Assembly (NCBI RefSeq): GCF_003334405.1
Contig: NZ_QOWM01000017.1
Length of the DNA stretch: 64,000 nt
Direction: 5' to 3' (one strand)
Origin: Escherichia coli
GTDB lineage: Bacteria; Pseudomonadota; Gammaproteobacteria; Enterobacterales; Enterobacteriaceae
The notes beneath the pieces are model-generated. The model was not told the origin of the DNA and searched no databases. It was given only the letters and a program-made list of their open reading frames with translations. Shown here piece after piece: positions 33,785 to 47,773 of this stretch. Within the stretch, counting starts at the first letter, position 1. Each line of letters begins with the position of its first letter. Position numbers and translations under genes: made by a program.

Positions 33785-34902
33785 GCTTCACTCTCCTGCT
33801 GACGATACTGATACCACGCGGCGCACGCTCCTTCGGAGGAAACCATCAGCGCACCAAACGCGGTTTGAGGATTACAGGTGTTACCAAACAGCGGGCATTG
33901 ATGCGGCTTACATTTGCCCGTTAATACCTCACCACAACGCGCGCGCGGGTCATCGCAGACCTGCTGCGGTGCCGGGCGGAAATGTGCTTCGGCATCGAAT
34001 CGTTGATAATCCGGCGTCAGGTGCACGCCAGAAGATTCAATCACGCCTAAGCCGCGCCATTCGCTGTCGCCGTTGACACAGAACACATCGGCAATCGCCT
34101 GTTGCGCCAGCAGGTTACCGGCATCCGGTACCACTCGACGATACTGATTCTCTACCTTGCTGTGGGCCGCTATTTTCTGCTGCACCAGCATGACCACGCC
34201 TTGTAGTAGATCAAGGGGTTCGAATCCAGCAACCACCAGCGGACGATGAAAATCGCTGGCGATAAAATTATAGGCGTCGGTGCCGATAACCATACTGACG
34301 TGACCCGGCGCGAGGAACGCATCGATACCGTTATCCGGCTGTTCCAGCAAACTGCGCAACGTCGGGATAAGCGTAATGTGCTGGCAGAAGAAGTAAAAAT
34401 TCTGCACATCACGCGCTTTCGCCTGTTGCAGAGTGATAGCGGTGGTCGGCATAGTGGTTTCAAAACCTAAGCCGAAGAACACCACTTTGCGGGTTGGATT
34501 CTCCTGCGCCAGTTTCAACGCATCCATCGGCGAGTAAACGATGCGCACATCGGCACCGCGTGCTTTTGCCTGCAACAGCGATCCCTGTTTCCCCGGCACG
34601 CGCATGGCGTCGCCAAAGGTACAGAAGATGACTTCCGGATGGCTGGCAATCTCCACGCAGGTGTCGATTCTACCCATCGGCAGTACGCACACCGGGCACC
34701 CCGGACCGTGGATAAACTCAACGTTTTCCGGCAGTAACTGGTCGAGGCCGAATTTAAAGATAGCGTGGGTATGACCGCCACACACTTCCATAATCCGCAG
34801 AGGGCGTTCGGCGGTGTAAGAGAGATGTGAAGCACGTTCGCGCAGATGCTCAATTAACTGCATCACCTGTTCCGGCGCGCGATATTCATCAACAAAACGC
34901 AT
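33781..34902 (-). CDS. hypD: Hydrogenase maturation protein HypD
   Basis: 373 aa; CGxH and CPVC motifs. Confidence 0.95.
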   Translation of the reverse strand: MRFVDEYRAPEQVMQLIEHLRERASHLSYTAERPLRIMEVCGGHTHAIFKFGLDQLLPENVEFIHGPGCPVCVLPMGRIDTCVEIASHPEVIFCTFGDAMRVPGKQGSLLQAKARGADVRIVYSPMDALKLAQENPTRKVVFFGLGFETTMPTTAITLQQAKARDVQNFYFFCQHITLIPTLRSLLEQPDNGIDAFLAPGHVSMVIGTDAYNFIASDFHRPLVVAGFEPLDLLQGVVMLVQQKIAAHSKVENQYRRVVPDAGNLLAQQAIADVFCVNGDSEWRGLGVIESSGVHLTPDYQRFDAEAHFRPAPQQVCDDPRARCGEVLTGKCKPHQCPLFGNTCNPQTAFGALMVSSEGACAAWYQYRQQESEA

Positions 34903-35174
34903 TATTTTTCCTCGCCATACAACAGCGCGCCGACATCCGGCTCAACGTCAAACATGTTTTGTAAGGCGTCGAGAGTGTCGCGTGCTTCGGCTTCATTAAT
35001 TACGCTCATGGCAAAGCCAACGTGTACCAGTACCCACTGGCCCACGCGCGGCTGACCGTTTTCATCGCAGCTGCCGACTAACGTTAAATCGACATCGCGC
35101 TGAATGCCGCAGACGTCGACTTTCGCCTGGTTGCCGTCAATGGTGCGGATCTGGCCGGGAACGCCTATGCACAT
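34902..35174 (-). CDS. hypC: Hydrogenase maturation chaperone HypC
   Basis: 90 aa starting MCIGVPGQ (the essential Cys2 sets the start). Confidence 0.9.
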   Translation of the reverse strand: MCIGVPGQIRTIDGNQAKVDVCGIQRDVDLTLVGSCDENGQPRVGQWVLVHVGFAMSVINEAEARDTLDALQNMFDVEPDVGALLYGEEK

Positions 35175-36037
35175 CGCTGTGTCTCCAGCCAGTTCAGCCA
35201 CTGGTCCATCCCTTCGCCGCTGGTGGCGGAAATAAGGATGATTTCAATTTCTGGATTGACTTCGCGGGCGCAGGCGATGCACTTTTCAACGTCAAAGTTG
35301 AGATACGGCAACAGGTCAACTTTGTTGAGCAGCATCAGCGAGGCGGCGGCAAACATATGCGGATATTTCAGCGGTTTGTCTTCACCTTCGGTAACGGAAA
35401 GCACCGCCACTTTGTGTTTTTCACCGAGATCGAAGCTGGCCGGGCATACGAGGTTGCCAACGTTTTCGATAAACAGAATACCGTTATCGTCCAGTGGCAG
35501 ACGCGGTGCGGCGTCGGCAATCATCTGTGCGTCAAGATGGCAGCCTTTACCGGTGTTCACCTGAATCGCTGGTGTGCCGGTAGCGCGAATGCGTGCGGCA
35601 TCGTTCACGGTTTGCTGGTCGCCTTCAATAACTGCGCACGGAACGCTGTCTTTCAGGCGCATTAGGGTTTCCGTCAGCAGGGTGGTTTTACCGGAACCAG
35701 GGCTGGAAACCAGGTTGAGCACCAGTTGCTTGCGGGCAGCAAAGCGCGCGCGGTTGCGTTCAGCCAGACGGTTATTTTTGTCCAGCACGTCAATTTCGAC
35801 TTCCAGCATCCGACGCTGGCTCATGCCCGGTGCGTGAGTGCCCGCTTCGCCATGACCGTAATGCAGGTCGCCTTCTTCAGTCTGGCTGGGGGTAAATTCA
35901 GGCGCTTTAATGCCGGTGATTTTCATCTTCGGGCGTGCCGCCGGGGCAAATGGCGCGCTACGAAACGCGGAATGAGGGTTATGTTCATCACCCTCGATAT
36001 ACAGGTTGCCTTCACCGCAACCGCATGTTGTACACAT
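35165..36037 (-). CDS. hypB: Hydrogenase nickel-incorporation GTPase HypB
   Basis: 290 aa; N-terminal [10 protein letters not shown] metal-binding motif; GTPase P-loop GSPGSGKT. Confidence 0.95.
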   Translation of the reverse strand: MCTTCGCGEGNLYIEGDEHNPHSAFRSAPFAPAARPKMKITGIKAPEFTPSQTEEGDLHYGHGEAGTHAPGMSQRRMLEVEIDVLDKNNRLAERNRARFAARKQLVLNLVSSPGSGKTTLLTETLMRLKDSVPCAVIEGDQQTVNDAARIRATGTPAIQVNTGKGCHLDAQMIADAAPRLPLDDNGILFIENVGNLVCPASFDLGEKHKVAVLSVTEGEDKPLKYPHMFAAASLMLLNKVDLLPYLNFDVEKCIACAREVNPEIEIILISATSGEGMDQWLNWLETQRCA

Positions 36038-36040
36038 CGC

Positions 36041-36391
36041 TCACTCCTGGTCTATTTCTATCCGCCGAATCTGTAAACCGTCGTCTGCCACAATCTGCAG
36101 CATGTCACCATGACACTGTGGACAGCGGCGGACGCGCTGGGTCAGTAGCGTCACATACTGTTGGCATGTTTCACACCAGCATTCGGCCTCTTGTTCTTCG
36201 AGGTGCAGTTTACAACCTTCCGCCACGCTGCCGCGGCAAACCAGATCAAAACAAAAGGCAAGAGAGCTGGTTTCGACACAAGAAAATGCGCCAATTTTGA
36301 GCCAGACCCCAGTTACGCGTTTTGCGCCGTGTTTTGCGGCCTGCTGTTCGATCAATTCCAGTGCCCGTTGGCAGAGGGTTATTTCGTGCAT
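36041..36391 (-). CDS. hypA: Hydrogenase nickel-insertion protein HypA
   Basis: 116 aa from MHEITLCQ; zinc-binding CxxC pairs. Confidence 0.9.
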   Translation of the reverse strand: MHEITLCQRALELIEQQAAKHGAKRVTGVWLKIGAFSCVETSSLAFCFDLVCRGSVAEGCKLHLEEQEAECWCETCQQYVTLLTQRVRRCPQCHGDMLQIVADDGLQIRRIEIDQE

Positions 36392-36422
36392 ATCGCCTCC
36401 CATTAACTATTGCCAGCTACAA

Positions 36423-36438
36423 GCAATAATTGTGCCAG
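36423..36438 (-). promoter_or_regulatory. Sigma-54 promoter of the hyp operon (-24/-12)
   Basis: Minus-strand TGGCAC-aatta-TTGC (plus strand gcaataattgtgccag), upstream of hypA. Confidence 0.7.
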
Positions 36439-36550
36439 TGTTGATTATCCCTGCGGTGAATAATGTCGATGATGTCGAAATGACACGTCGACACGGCGAC
36501 GAAATTCATCTTTAGCTTAAAAATCTCTTTAATAACAATAAATTAAAAGT

Positions 36551-36567
36551 TGGCACAAAAAATGCTT
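36551..36567 (+). promoter_or_regulatory. Sigma-54 promoter of the hyc operon (-24/-12)
   Basis: TGGCAC-aaaaaa-TGCTT upstream of hycA, with GG-N10-GC spacing. Confidence 0.7.
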
Positions 36568-36602
36568 AAAGCTGGCATCTCTGTTAAACGGGTAACCTGA
36601 CA

Positions 36603-37064
36603 ATGACTATTTGGGAAATAAGCGAGAAAGCCGATTACATCGCACAGCGGCATCGTCGCCTACAGGACCAGTGGCACATCTACTGCAATTCGCTGGTTCA
36701 GGGGATCACGTTATCGAAAGCGCGCCTGCATCACGCCATGAGCTGCGCGCCGGACAAAGAACTCTGTTTCGTCCTTTTTGAACATTTTCGCATTTACGTC
36801 ACCCTGGCGGATGGCTTTAACAGCCACACCATCGAGTATTACGTCGAAACAAAAGATGGCGAAGACAAACAGCGGATTGCGCAGGCGCAACTGAGCATTG
36901 ACGGCATGATTGATGGCAAGGTCAACATCCGCGATCGCGAACAGGTTCTGGAACACTATCTCGAAAAAATCGCTGGCGTTTACGACAGCTTATACACCGC
37001 TATTGAAAACAATGTGCCGGTGAATTTAAGCCAACTGGTAAAGGGACAAAGCCCGGCAGCATGA
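36603..37064 (+). CDS. hycA: Formate hydrogenlyase regulatory protein HycA
   Basis: 153 aa; synteny. Confidence 0.9.
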   Translation: MTIWEISEKADYIAQRHRRLQDQWHIYCNSLVQGITLSKARLHHAMSCAPDKELCFVLFEHFRIYVTLADGFNSHTIEYYVETKDGEDKQRIAQAQLSIDGMIDGKVNIRDREQVLEHYLEKIAGVYDSLYTAIENNVPVNLSQLVKGQSPAA

Positions 37065-37188
37065 GCTGAGGCTTTGCCCGTTTTGCAGGCGTTACGCCTG
37101 TTTGGGGATGGGCGTGTCGATGAGTGTCGAAAATGACATTTCATCGGCATGTTTTCGTCAAAAATGACAATCACCTGAGGAATGCCTG

Positions 37189-37800
37189 GTGAATCGTTTT
37201 GTAATTGCTGACTCCACGCTCTGTATCGGCTGCCACACTTGTGAGGCCGCCTGTTCAGAGACGCATCGCCAGCACGGCCTGCAATCAATGCCGCGCCTGA
37301 GAGTGATGCTGAATGAAAAAGAATCTGCGCCGCAGCTCTGTCACCACTGTGAAGATGCACCCTGCGCGGTGGTCTGCCCGGTTAACGCCATCACCCGCGT
37401 CGATGGGGCCGTGCAGTTGAATGAAAGCCTGTGCGTAAGCTGCAAGCTGTGCGGCATCGCCTGCCCGTTTGGCGCAATTGAATTTTCCGGCAGCCGTCCG
37501 CTGGATATTCCGGCAAACGCCAATACCCCGAAAGCGCCACCGGCACCGCCTGCTCCGGCGCGTGTCAGCACATTGCTTGACTGGGTGCCAGGTATTCGCG
37601 CGATCGCCGTCAAATGTGACCTTTGTAGCTTTGATGAACAAGGTCCGGCCTGCGTGCGGATGTGCCCGACTAAAGCCCTGCATCTGGTGGATAACACCGA
37701 TATCGCCCGCGTCAGCAAACGTAAGCGTGAGCTGACCTTTAACACGGACTTTGGCGATCTCACCTTGTTTCAGCAGGCTCAAAGTGGAGAGGCTAAATGA
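37189..37800 (+). CDS. hycB: Formate hydrogenlyase 4Fe-4S ferredoxin subunit HycB
   Basis: 203 aa; multiple CxxCxxCxxxCP motifs. Confidence 0.95.
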   Translation: MNRFVIADSTLCIGCHTCEAACSETHRQHGLQSMPRLRVMLNEKESAPQLCHHCEDAPCAVVCPVNAITRVDGAVQLNESLCVSCKLCGIACPFGAIEFSGSRPLDIPANANTPKAPPAPPAPARVSTLLDWVPGIRAIAVKCDLCSFDEQGPACVRMCPTKALHLVDNTDIARVSKRKRELTFNTDFGDLTLFQQAQSGEAK

Positions 37801-39623
37801 GCGCAATTTCCCTGATCAATAGCGGCGTGGCGTGGTTTGTCGCCGCCGCTGTTCTGGCATTTCTCTTTTCTTTTCAAAAAGCGTTAAGTGGCTGGATAGC
37901 TGGAATTGGCGGCGCGGTTGGTAGTCTGTATACGGCAGCCGCGGGCTTCACTGTACTGACTGGCGCGGTTGGCGTGAGCGGTGCGCTGTCGCTGGTAAGC
38001 TACGATGTGCAAATCTCTCCGCTTAACGCGATTTGGCTGATTACGCTCGGTCTGTGCGGTCTGTTTGTCAGCCTCTACAACATTGACTGGCATCGCCACG
38101 CGCAGGTGAAGTGCAACGGCTTGCAGATCAATATGTTGATGGCTGCCGCCGTCTGCGCCGTCATTGCCAGCAACCTCGGCATGTTCGTGGTAATGGCCGA
38201 AATCATGGCCCTGTGCGCGGTGTTCCTCACCAGCAACAGCAAAGAGGGCAAACTGTGGTTTGCGCTGGGGCGTCTTGGCACTCTGCTGCTGGCGATTGCT
38301 TGCTGGCTGCTGTGGCAGCGTTACGGCACGCTGGATCTGCGCCTGCTGGATATGCGTATGCAACAGCTGCCGCTCGGTTCCGATATCTGGCTGCTCGGAG
38401 TGATTGGCTTTGGCCTGCTGGCCGGGATTATTCCGCTGCACGGCTGGGTGCCGCAGGCACATGCGAACGCCTCTGCGCCAGCTGCCGCGTTGTTTTCTAC
38501 GGTAGTCATGAAAATTGGCCTGCTGGGCATTTTAACCCTGTCACTGCTGGGCGGTAATGCACCGCTGTGGTGGGGGATCGCGCTGCTGGTGCTCGGCATG
38601 ATCACCGCGTTTGTCGGTGGTCTGTATGCGCTGGTGGAGCACAACATCCAGCGCCTGCTGGCTTACCACACCCTGGAAAATATCGGCATCATCCTGCTGG
38701 GGCTGGGCGCTGGCGTAACGGGTATCGCGCTCGAACAACCGGCGCTGATTGCTCTTGGCCTGGTCGGTGGTCTGTACCATCTGCTTAACCATAGCCTGTT
38801 CAAAAGCGTACTGTTCCTCGGGGCGGGGAGCGTCTGGTTCCGTACCGGTCATCGCGATATCGAAAAACTCGGTGGTATTGGCAAGAAAATGCCGGTTATC
38901 TCCATCGCCATGTTAGTCGGGCTGATGGCAATGGCTGCGCTGCCGCCGCTGAATGGTTTTGCCGGGGAATGGGTTATCTATCAATCATTTTTCAAACTGA
39001 GCAATAGTGGCGCGTTTGTTGCCCGTCTGCTGGGGCCGCTGCTCGCTGTGGGGCTGGCAATTACCGGTGCGCTGGCGGTGATGTGTATGGCGAAAGTCTA
39101 TGGCGTCACGTTCCTCGGCGCGCCGCGCACCAAAGAAGCCGAAAACGCCACCTGTGCGCCGCTCCTGATGAGCGTAAGCGTAGTGGCACTGGCGATTTGC
39201 TGCGTAATTGGCGGTGTTGCTGCGCCGTGGCTACTGCCGATGCTCTCTGCTGCTGTACCTCTGCCGCTGGAGCCTGCTAACACCACCGTTTCTCAACCGA
39301 TGATCACGTTGCTGCTGATTGCCTGCCCGCTGCTGCCATTCATCATTATGGCGATTTGCAAAGGCGATCGTTTGCCATCGCGTTCCCGCGGTGCGGCCTG
39401 GGTGTGCGGTTACGACCACGAAAAATCAATGGTGATTACCGCTCACGGTTTTGCCATGCCGGTGAAACAGGCGTTTGCGCCGGTGCTGAAACTACGCAAA
39501 TGGCTGAATCCGGTGTCTCTGGTGCCGGGCTGGCAGTGCGAGGGGAGTGCGTTGCTGTTCCGCCGGATGGCGCTGGTTGAACTGGCGGTACTGGTGGTGA
39601 TTATTGTTTCACGAGGAGCCTGA
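37797..39623 (+). CDS. hycC: Formate hydrogenlyase membrane subunit HycC (NuoL-like)
   Basis: 608-aa polytopic membrane protein. Confidence 0.95.
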   Translation: MSAISLINSGVAWFVAAAVLAFLFSFQKALSGWIAGIGGAVGSLYTAAAGFTVLTGAVGVSGALSLVSYDVQISPLNAIWLITLGLCGLFVSLYNIDWHRHAQVKCNGLQINMLMAAAVCAVIASNLGMFVVMAEIMALCAVFLTSNSKEGKLWFALGRLGTLLLAIACWLLWQRYGTLDLRLLDMRMQQLPLGSDIWLLGVIGFGLLAGIIPLHGWVPQAHANASAPAAALFSTVVMKIGLLGILTLSLLGGNAPLWWGIALLVLGMITAFVGGLYALVEHNIQRLLAYHTLENIGIILLGLGAGVTGIALEQPALIALGLVGGLYHLLNHSLFKSVLFLGAGSVWFRTGHRDIEKLGGIGKKMPVISIAMLVGLMAMAALPPLNGFAGEWVIYQSFFKLSNSGAFVARLLGPLLAVGLAITGALAVMCMAKVYGVTFLGAPRTKEAENATCAPLLMSVSVVALAICCVIGGVAAPWLLPMLSAAVPLPLEPANTTVSQPMITLLLIACPLLPFIIMAICKGDRLPSRSRGAAWVCGYDHEKSMVITAHGFAMPVKQAFAPVLKLRKWLNPVSLVPGWQCEGSALLFRRMALVELAVLVVIIVSRGA

Positions 39624-39625
39624 GA

Positions 39626-40549
39626 ATGAGTGTTTTATATCCGTTAATTCAGGCGCTGGTGTTATTTGCCGTTGCGCCGCTGCTCTCCGGTATAACCCGC
39701 GTGGCGCGCGCCCGCTTGCATAACCGTCGCGGGCCGGGCGTGTTGCAGGAGTATCGCGACATTATCAAACTGCTGGGGCGTCAGAGCGTCGGCCCGGATG
39801 CCTCCGGCTGGGTGTTCCGCCTGACGCCGTATGTGATGGTGGGCGTCATGCTGACTATCGCTACTGCGCTGCCGGTGGTGACCGTCGGTTCTCCGCTGCC
39901 GCAACTGGGTGATTTGATCACCTTACTGTATCTCTTTGCCATCGCGCGTTTCTTCTTTGCCATTTCTGGTCTGGATACCGGTAGCCCGTTTACCGCTATC
40001 GGCGCGAGCCGTGAAGCGATGCTTGGCGTGCTGGTCGAACCGATGCTGCTGCTTGGTCTGTGGGTTGCCGCACAGGTTGCCGGTTCCACCAACATCAGCA
40101 ACATCACCGACACCGTTTATCACTGGCCGCTGAGCCAGAGCATCCCGCTGGTACTGGCGCTTTGTGCCTGTGCGTTCGCCACCTTTATCGAAATGGGCAA
40201 ACTGCCGTTCGACCTGGCGGAAGCCGAGCAGGAGCTGCAGGAAGGCCCGCTCTCTGAATACAGCGGCAGCGGCTTTGGCGTCATGAAATGGGGTATCAGC
40301 CTGAAACAGCTGGTGGTGTTGCAGATGTTCGTCGGGGTGTTTATTCCGTGGGGACAAATGGAAACCTTCACCGCCGGTGGACTGCTGCTGGCGCTGGTGA
40401 TTGCCATCGTAAAACTGGTGGTCGGCGTCCTGGTTATCGCGCTGTTCGAAAACAGCATGGCCCGTCTGCGTCTTGATATTACTCCGCGCATTACCTGGGC
40501 TGGGTTTGGCTTTGCATTTTTAGCGTTCGTCTCCTTGCTGGCGGCGTGA
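39626..40549 (+). CDS. hycD: Formate hydrogenlyase membrane subunit HycD (NuoH-like)
   Basis: 307-aa membrane protein. Confidence 0.95.
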   Translation: MSVLYPLIQALVLFAVAPLLSGITRVARARLHNRRGPGVLQEYRDIIKLLGRQSVGPDASGWVFRLTPYVMVGVMLTIATALPVVTVGSPLPQLGDLITLLYLFAIARFFFAISGLDTGSPFTAIGASREAMLGVLVEPMLLLGLWVAAQVAGSTNISNITDTVYHWPLSQSIPLVLALCACAFATFIEMGKLPFDLAEAEQELQEGPLSEYSGSGFGVMKWGISLKQLVVLQMFVGVFIPWGQMETFTAGGLLLALVIAIVKLVVGVLVIALFENSMARLRLDITPRITWAGFGFAFLAFVSLLAA

Positions 40550-40566
40550 TTAAAGAGAGTTTGAGC

Positions 40567-42276
40567 ATGTCTGAAGAAAAATTAGGTCAACATTATCTCG
40601 CCGCGCTGAATGAGGCATTTCCGGGCGTCGTGCTGGACCACGCCTGGCAGACCAAAGATCAGCTGACTGTCACCGTAAAGGTGAACTACCTGCCGGAAGT
40701 GGTGGAGTTTCTTTACTACAAACAGGGTGGCTGGCTGTCGGTGCTGTTTGGTAACGACGAACGCAAACTGAATGGTCATTACGCCGTTTACTACGTGCTG
40801 TCGATGGAGAAGGGCACTAAGTGTTGGATTACGGTTCGCGTCGAAGTTGACGCCAACAAACCGGAATATCCGTCCGTGACGCCGCGCGTTCCGGCGGCGG
40901 TGTGGGGCGAGCGTGAAGTGCGCGATATGTACGGTTTGATTCCGGTTGGTCTGCCGGATGAACGTCGTCTGGTGCTGCCGGATGACTGGCCGGATGAACT
41001 TTATCCGCTGCGTAAAGACAGCATGGATTATCGTCAGCGTCCGGCACCGACCACCGATGCTGAAACCTACGAGTTCATCAACGAACTGGGCGACAAGAAA
41101 AACAACGTCGTGCCGATTGGTCCGCTGCACGTCACTTCTGATGAACCGGGCCACTTCCGTCTGTTCGTCGATGGCGAAAACATTATCGACGCCGACTACC
41201 GTCTGTTCTACGTCCATCGCGGCATGGAAAAACTGGCGGAAACCCGTATGGGTTATAACGAAGTGACCTTCCTCTCTGACCGTGTGTGCGGGATCTGCGG
41301 CTTTGCCCACAGCACCGCCTACACCACGTCGGTGGAAAACGCGATGGGTATTCAGGTGCCAGAACGTGCGCAGATGATCCGCGCCATTCTGCTGGAGGTA
41401 GAACGCTTGCACTCGCATCTGCTCAACCTTGGCCTGGCCTGTCACTTTACCGGCTTCGACTCCGGCTTTATGCAGTTCTTCCGCGTGCGTGAAACCTCCA
41501 TGAAAATGGCAGAGATCCTTACCGGTGCGCGTAAAACCTACGGCCTGAACTTGATCGGCGGGATTCGTCGCGATCTGCTGAAAGACGACATGATCCAGAC
41601 CCGCCAGCTGGCACAACAGATGCGTCGTGAAGTGCAGGAGCTGGTGGATGTGCTGCTGAGCACTCCGAACATGGAACAGCGCACTGTCGGCATTGGTCGT
41701 CTGGACCCGGAAATCGCTCGCGACTTCAGTAACGTCGGCCCGATGGTCCGTGCCAGCGGTCACGCCCGTGATACCCGCGCCGATCACCCGTTTGTCGGCT
41801 ATGGCCTGCTGCCAATGGAAGTCCACAGCGAGCAGGGCTGCGACGTTATTTCCCGTCTGAAAGTGCGTATCAACGAAGTCTATACCGCGCTGAACATGAT
41901 CGACTACGGTCTGGATAACCTGCCGGGTGGCCCACTGATGGTGGAAGGCTTTACCTACATTCCGCACCGCTTTGCGCTGGGCTTTGCCGAAGCGCCGCGC
42001 GGCGATGATATCCACTGGAGCATGACCGGCGACAACCAGAAGCTGTACCGCTGGCGCTGCCGTGCCGCGACCTACGCGAACTGGCCGACCCTGCGCTACA
42101 TGCTGCGCGGCAACACCGTTTCCGATGCGCCGCTGATTATCGGTAGCCTCGACCCTTGCTACTCCTGTACCGACCGCATGACCGTGGTCGATGTGCGTAA
42201 GAAGAAGAGCAAAGTGGTGCCGTACAAAGAACTCGAGCGTTACAGCATTGAGCGTAAAAACTCGCCGCTGAAATAA
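40567..42276 (+). CDS. hycE: Hydrogenase 3 large subunit HycE
   Basis: 569 aa from MSEEKLGQHY; NiFe-binding Cys motifs (RVCGICGFAH; C-terminal DPCYSCTDR). Confidence 0.95.
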   Translation: MSEEKLGQHYLAALNEAFPGVVLDHAWQTKDQLTVTVKVNYLPEVVEFLYYKQGGWLSVLFGNDERKLNGHYAVYYVLSMEKGTKCWITVRVEVDANKPEYPSVTPRVPAAVWGEREVRDMYGLIPVGLPDERRLVLPDDWPDELYPLRKDSMDYRQRPAPTTDAETYEFINELGDKKNNVVPIGPLHVTSDEPGHFRLFVDGENIIDADYRLFYVHRGMEKLAETRMGYNEVTFLSDRVCGICGFAHSTAYTTSVENAMGIQVPERAQMIRAILLEVERLHSHLLNLGLACHFTGFDSGFMQFFRVRETSMKMAEILTGARKTYGLNLIGGIRRDLLKDDMIQTRQLAQQMRREVQELVDVLLSTPNMEQRTVGIGRLDPEIARDFSNVGPMVRASGHARDTRADHPFVGYGLLPMEVHSEQGCDVISRLKVRINEVYTALNMIDYGLDNLPGGPLMVEGFTYIPHRFALGFAEAPRGDDIHWSMTGDNQKLYRWRCRAATYANWPTLRYMLRGNTVSDAPLIIGSLDPCYSCTDRMTVVDVRKKKSKVVPYKELERYSIERKNSPLK

Positions 42277-42285
42277 GGAATCGCC

Positions 42286-42828
42286 ATGTTTACCTTTATC
42301 AAAAAAGTCATCAAAACCGGCACGGCGACCTCGTCTTATCCGCTGGAGCCGATTGCGGTTGATAAAAACTTCCGTGGTAAGCCAGAGCAGAACCCGCAGC
42401 AGTGCATCGGCTGCGCGGCCTGCGTCAATGCCTGCCCGTCAAACGCCTTAACGGTTGAAACTGACCTCGCCACAGGAGAGCTTGCCTGGGAGTTTAATCT
42501 TGGGCACTGCATCTTCTGTGGACGCTGCGAAGAAGTCTGCCCGACGGCGGCGATCAAACTGTCGCAAGAGTACGAACTGGCGGTGTGGAAGAAAGAAGAC
42601 TTCCTGCAACAGTCCCGCTTCGCGCTGTGCAACTGCCGCGTCTGCAATCGTCCTTTCGCCGTCCAGAAAGAGATCGACTACGCCATTGCGCTGCTTAAGC
42701 ACAACGGCGACAGCCGCGCGGAAAACCACCGCGAAAGCTTTGAGACTTGCCCGGAATGTAAGCGCCAGAAATGCCTGGTGCCGTCCGACCGTATTGAACT
42801 GACTCGCCATATGAAAGAGGCCATCTGA
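42286..42828 (+). CDS. hycF: Formate hydrogenlyase Fe-S subunit HycF
   Basis: 180 aa; two 4Fe-4S motifs. Confidence 0.95.
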   Translation: MFTFIKKVIKTGTATSSYPLEPIAVDKNFRGKPEQNPQQCIGCAACVNACPSNALTVETDLATGELAWEFNLGHCIFCGRCEEVCPTAAIKLSQEYELAVWKKEDFLQQSRFALCNCRVCNRPFAVQKEIDYAIALLKHNGDSRAENHRESFETCPECKRQKCLVPSDRIELTRHMKEAI

Positions 42829-43595
42829 TGAGCAATTTATTAGGCCCCCGTGACGCCAACGGCATTCCGGTCCCCATGACGGTGGATGAATCCATCGCCA
42901 GCATGAAGGCGTCGTTACTGAAAAAAATCAAACGTTCTGCCTATGTTTACCGCGTGGACTGCGGCGGCTGCAACGGTTGCGAAATCGAAATTTTCGCCAC
43001 GCTTTCGCCGCTGTTTGATGCAGAACGCTTCGGCATTAAAGTCGTTCCTTCACCGCGTCATGCGGATATTTTACTGTTTACCGGCGCGGTCACCCGTGCA
43101 ATGCGATCCCCTGCGCTGCGTGCGTGGCAGTCCGCGCCGGACCCGAAAATTTGTATCTCCTACGGTGCCTGCGGTAACAGTGGCGGGATCTTCCACGATC
43201 TCTACTGCGTGTGGGGCGGTACGGATAAAATTGTCCCTGTGGATGTTTATATCCCTGGCTGCCCGCCAACGCCTGCCGCCACGCTGTACGGCTTTGCAAT
43301 GGCGCTCGGCCTGCTGGAGCAGAAAATTCACGCCCGTGGGCCGGGTGAACTGGATGAACAACCGGCGGAGATCCTGCATGGTGATATGGTGCAGCCGCTG
43401 CGCGTGAAAGTGGATCGCGAAGCACGTCGCCTGGCGGGTTATCGTTACGGTCGTCAGATTGCCGATGATTACCTTACACAGTTAGGGCAGGGCGAAGAAC
43501 AGGTTGCACGCTGGCTGGAAGCGGAAAACGATCCGCGTCTGAACGAGATTGTCAGCCATCTGAATCATGTTGTTGAAGAGGCGCGTATCCGATGA
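42828..43595 (+). CDS. hycG: Hydrogenase 3 small subunit HycG
   Basis: 255 aa; NuoB-like CGGCNGC and GCPP motifs. Confidence 0.95.
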
Positions 43596-44002
43596 GTGAA
43601 AAGGTGGTGTTCAGTCAACTGAGCCGTAAATTTATTGATGAGAACGATGCCACGCCCGCCGAGGCGCAGCAGGTGGTCTATTACAGCCTGGCGATTGGTC
43701 ACCACCTTGGGGTTATCGATTGCCTGGAAGCGGCGCTCACCTGCCCGTGGGATGAATATCTGGCATGGATTGCCACTCTGGAGGCAGGCAGTGAAGCCCG
43801 CCGCAAAATGGAAGGCGTGCCGAAATATGGTGAGATCGTCATCGACATTAACCATGTGCCGATGCTGGCCAACGCATTCGATAAAGCCCGGGCAGCGCAA
43901 ACTTCGCAGCAGCAGGAATGGAGTACAATGCTGTTAAGTATGCTGCATGATATTCATCAGGAAAACGCCATCTATTTGATGGTGAGGAGACTGCGTGACT
44001 GA
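43592..44002 (+). CDS. hycH: Formate hydrogenlyase maturation protein HycH
   Basis: 136 aa; synteny. Confidence 0.9.
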   Translation: MSEKVVFSQLSRKFIDENDATPAEAQQVVYYSLAIGHHLGVIDCLEAALTCPWDEYLAWIATLEAGSEARRKMEGVPKYGEIVIDINHVPMLANAFDKARAAQTSQQQEWSTMLLSMLHDIHQENAIYLMVRRLRD

Positions 44003-44465
44003 CGTTTTACTCTGTGTTGGCAATAGCATGATGGGCGATGATGGCGCAGGTCCGCTGCTGGCGGAAAAGTGCGCCGCCGCGCCGAAAGGTAACTGGGTGG
44101 TGATTGACGGCGGTAGCGCACCGGAAAACGACATCGTCGCTATCCGTGAACTGCGCCCGACACGACTGCTGATTGTCGACGCCACGGATATGGGGCTAAA
44201 CCCCGGCGAGATCCGCATCATCGACCCGGATGATATCGCCGAGATGTTTATGATGACTACCCATAACATGCCGTTGAATTACCTTATCGACCAGTTGAAA
44301 GAAGATATTGGCGAAGTGATTTTCCTCGGCATTCAGCCGGATATCGTCGGCTTTTACTACCCGATGACCCAGCCGATTAAAGATGCGGTAGAAACCGTTT
44401 ATCAACGACTGGAAGGCTGGGAAGGAAATGGCGGCTTCGCGCAGTTAGCGGTGGAAGAAGAGTAG
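43995..44465 (+). CDS. hycI: Hydrogenase 3 maturation endopeptidase HycI
   Basis: 156 aa; N-terminus [20 protein letters not shown]. Confidence 0.95.
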   Translation: MTDVLLCVGNSMMGDDGAGPLLAEKCAAAPKGNWVVIDGGSAPENDIVAIRELRPTRLLIVDATDMGLNPGEIRIIDPDDIAEMFMMTTHNMPLNYLIDQLKEDIGEVIFLGIQPDIVGFYYPMTQPIKDAVETVYQRLEGWEGNGGFAQLAVEEE

Positions 44466-44535
44466 TTTTTCATTAAGGAATCAGGACAGGGATGTTCTTG
44501 ATGGGGTGAACCAGCTCTGATGCCAAATGCTAAAT

Positions 44536-44616
44536 TGCCCGATGCGCTGCGCTTATCGGGCCTTCATGGTTCGTGCGACATGTAGGCCGGATAAGGCGTT
44601 CACGCCGCATCCGGCA
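44536..44616. repeat. REP elements (BIME) in the hycI-ascB intergenic region
   Basis: Two palindromic units, gcccgatgcgctgcgcttatcgggcc and ggccggataaggcgttcacgccgcatccggc. Confidence 0.8.
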
Positions 44617-44623
44617 CTGTTAC

Positions 44624-47514
<2,891 letters not shown>

Positions 47515-47773
47515 CGGATTTTATCCTGTTATCAGTAGGGTAGATGTAGTTGTTATCAGTCGACGTGACGGAAAAATGCCGATGCTGAAACGGAATTAAG
47601 AAACCGGTTTCACAAAATCATGAATAGTTGTCACTAAATAAGCAAGAGAGTGAATTGTTCATTTTTTATATTTGTGAAACCGGTCACCTGAATATTTTTC
47701 CCGCCGATTGTGCAAGGACAATCGGCAAACGGTGCAGTACACTGCGTTGATTGCGTGTAAAGGGATGAAAATG

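Noticed and set aside
40582-42015. 477-aa ORF on the minus strand
   Set aside because: Entirely antisense to hycE, which has clear NiFe large-subunit motifs; a long antisense ORF is expected from GC-rich codon bias.
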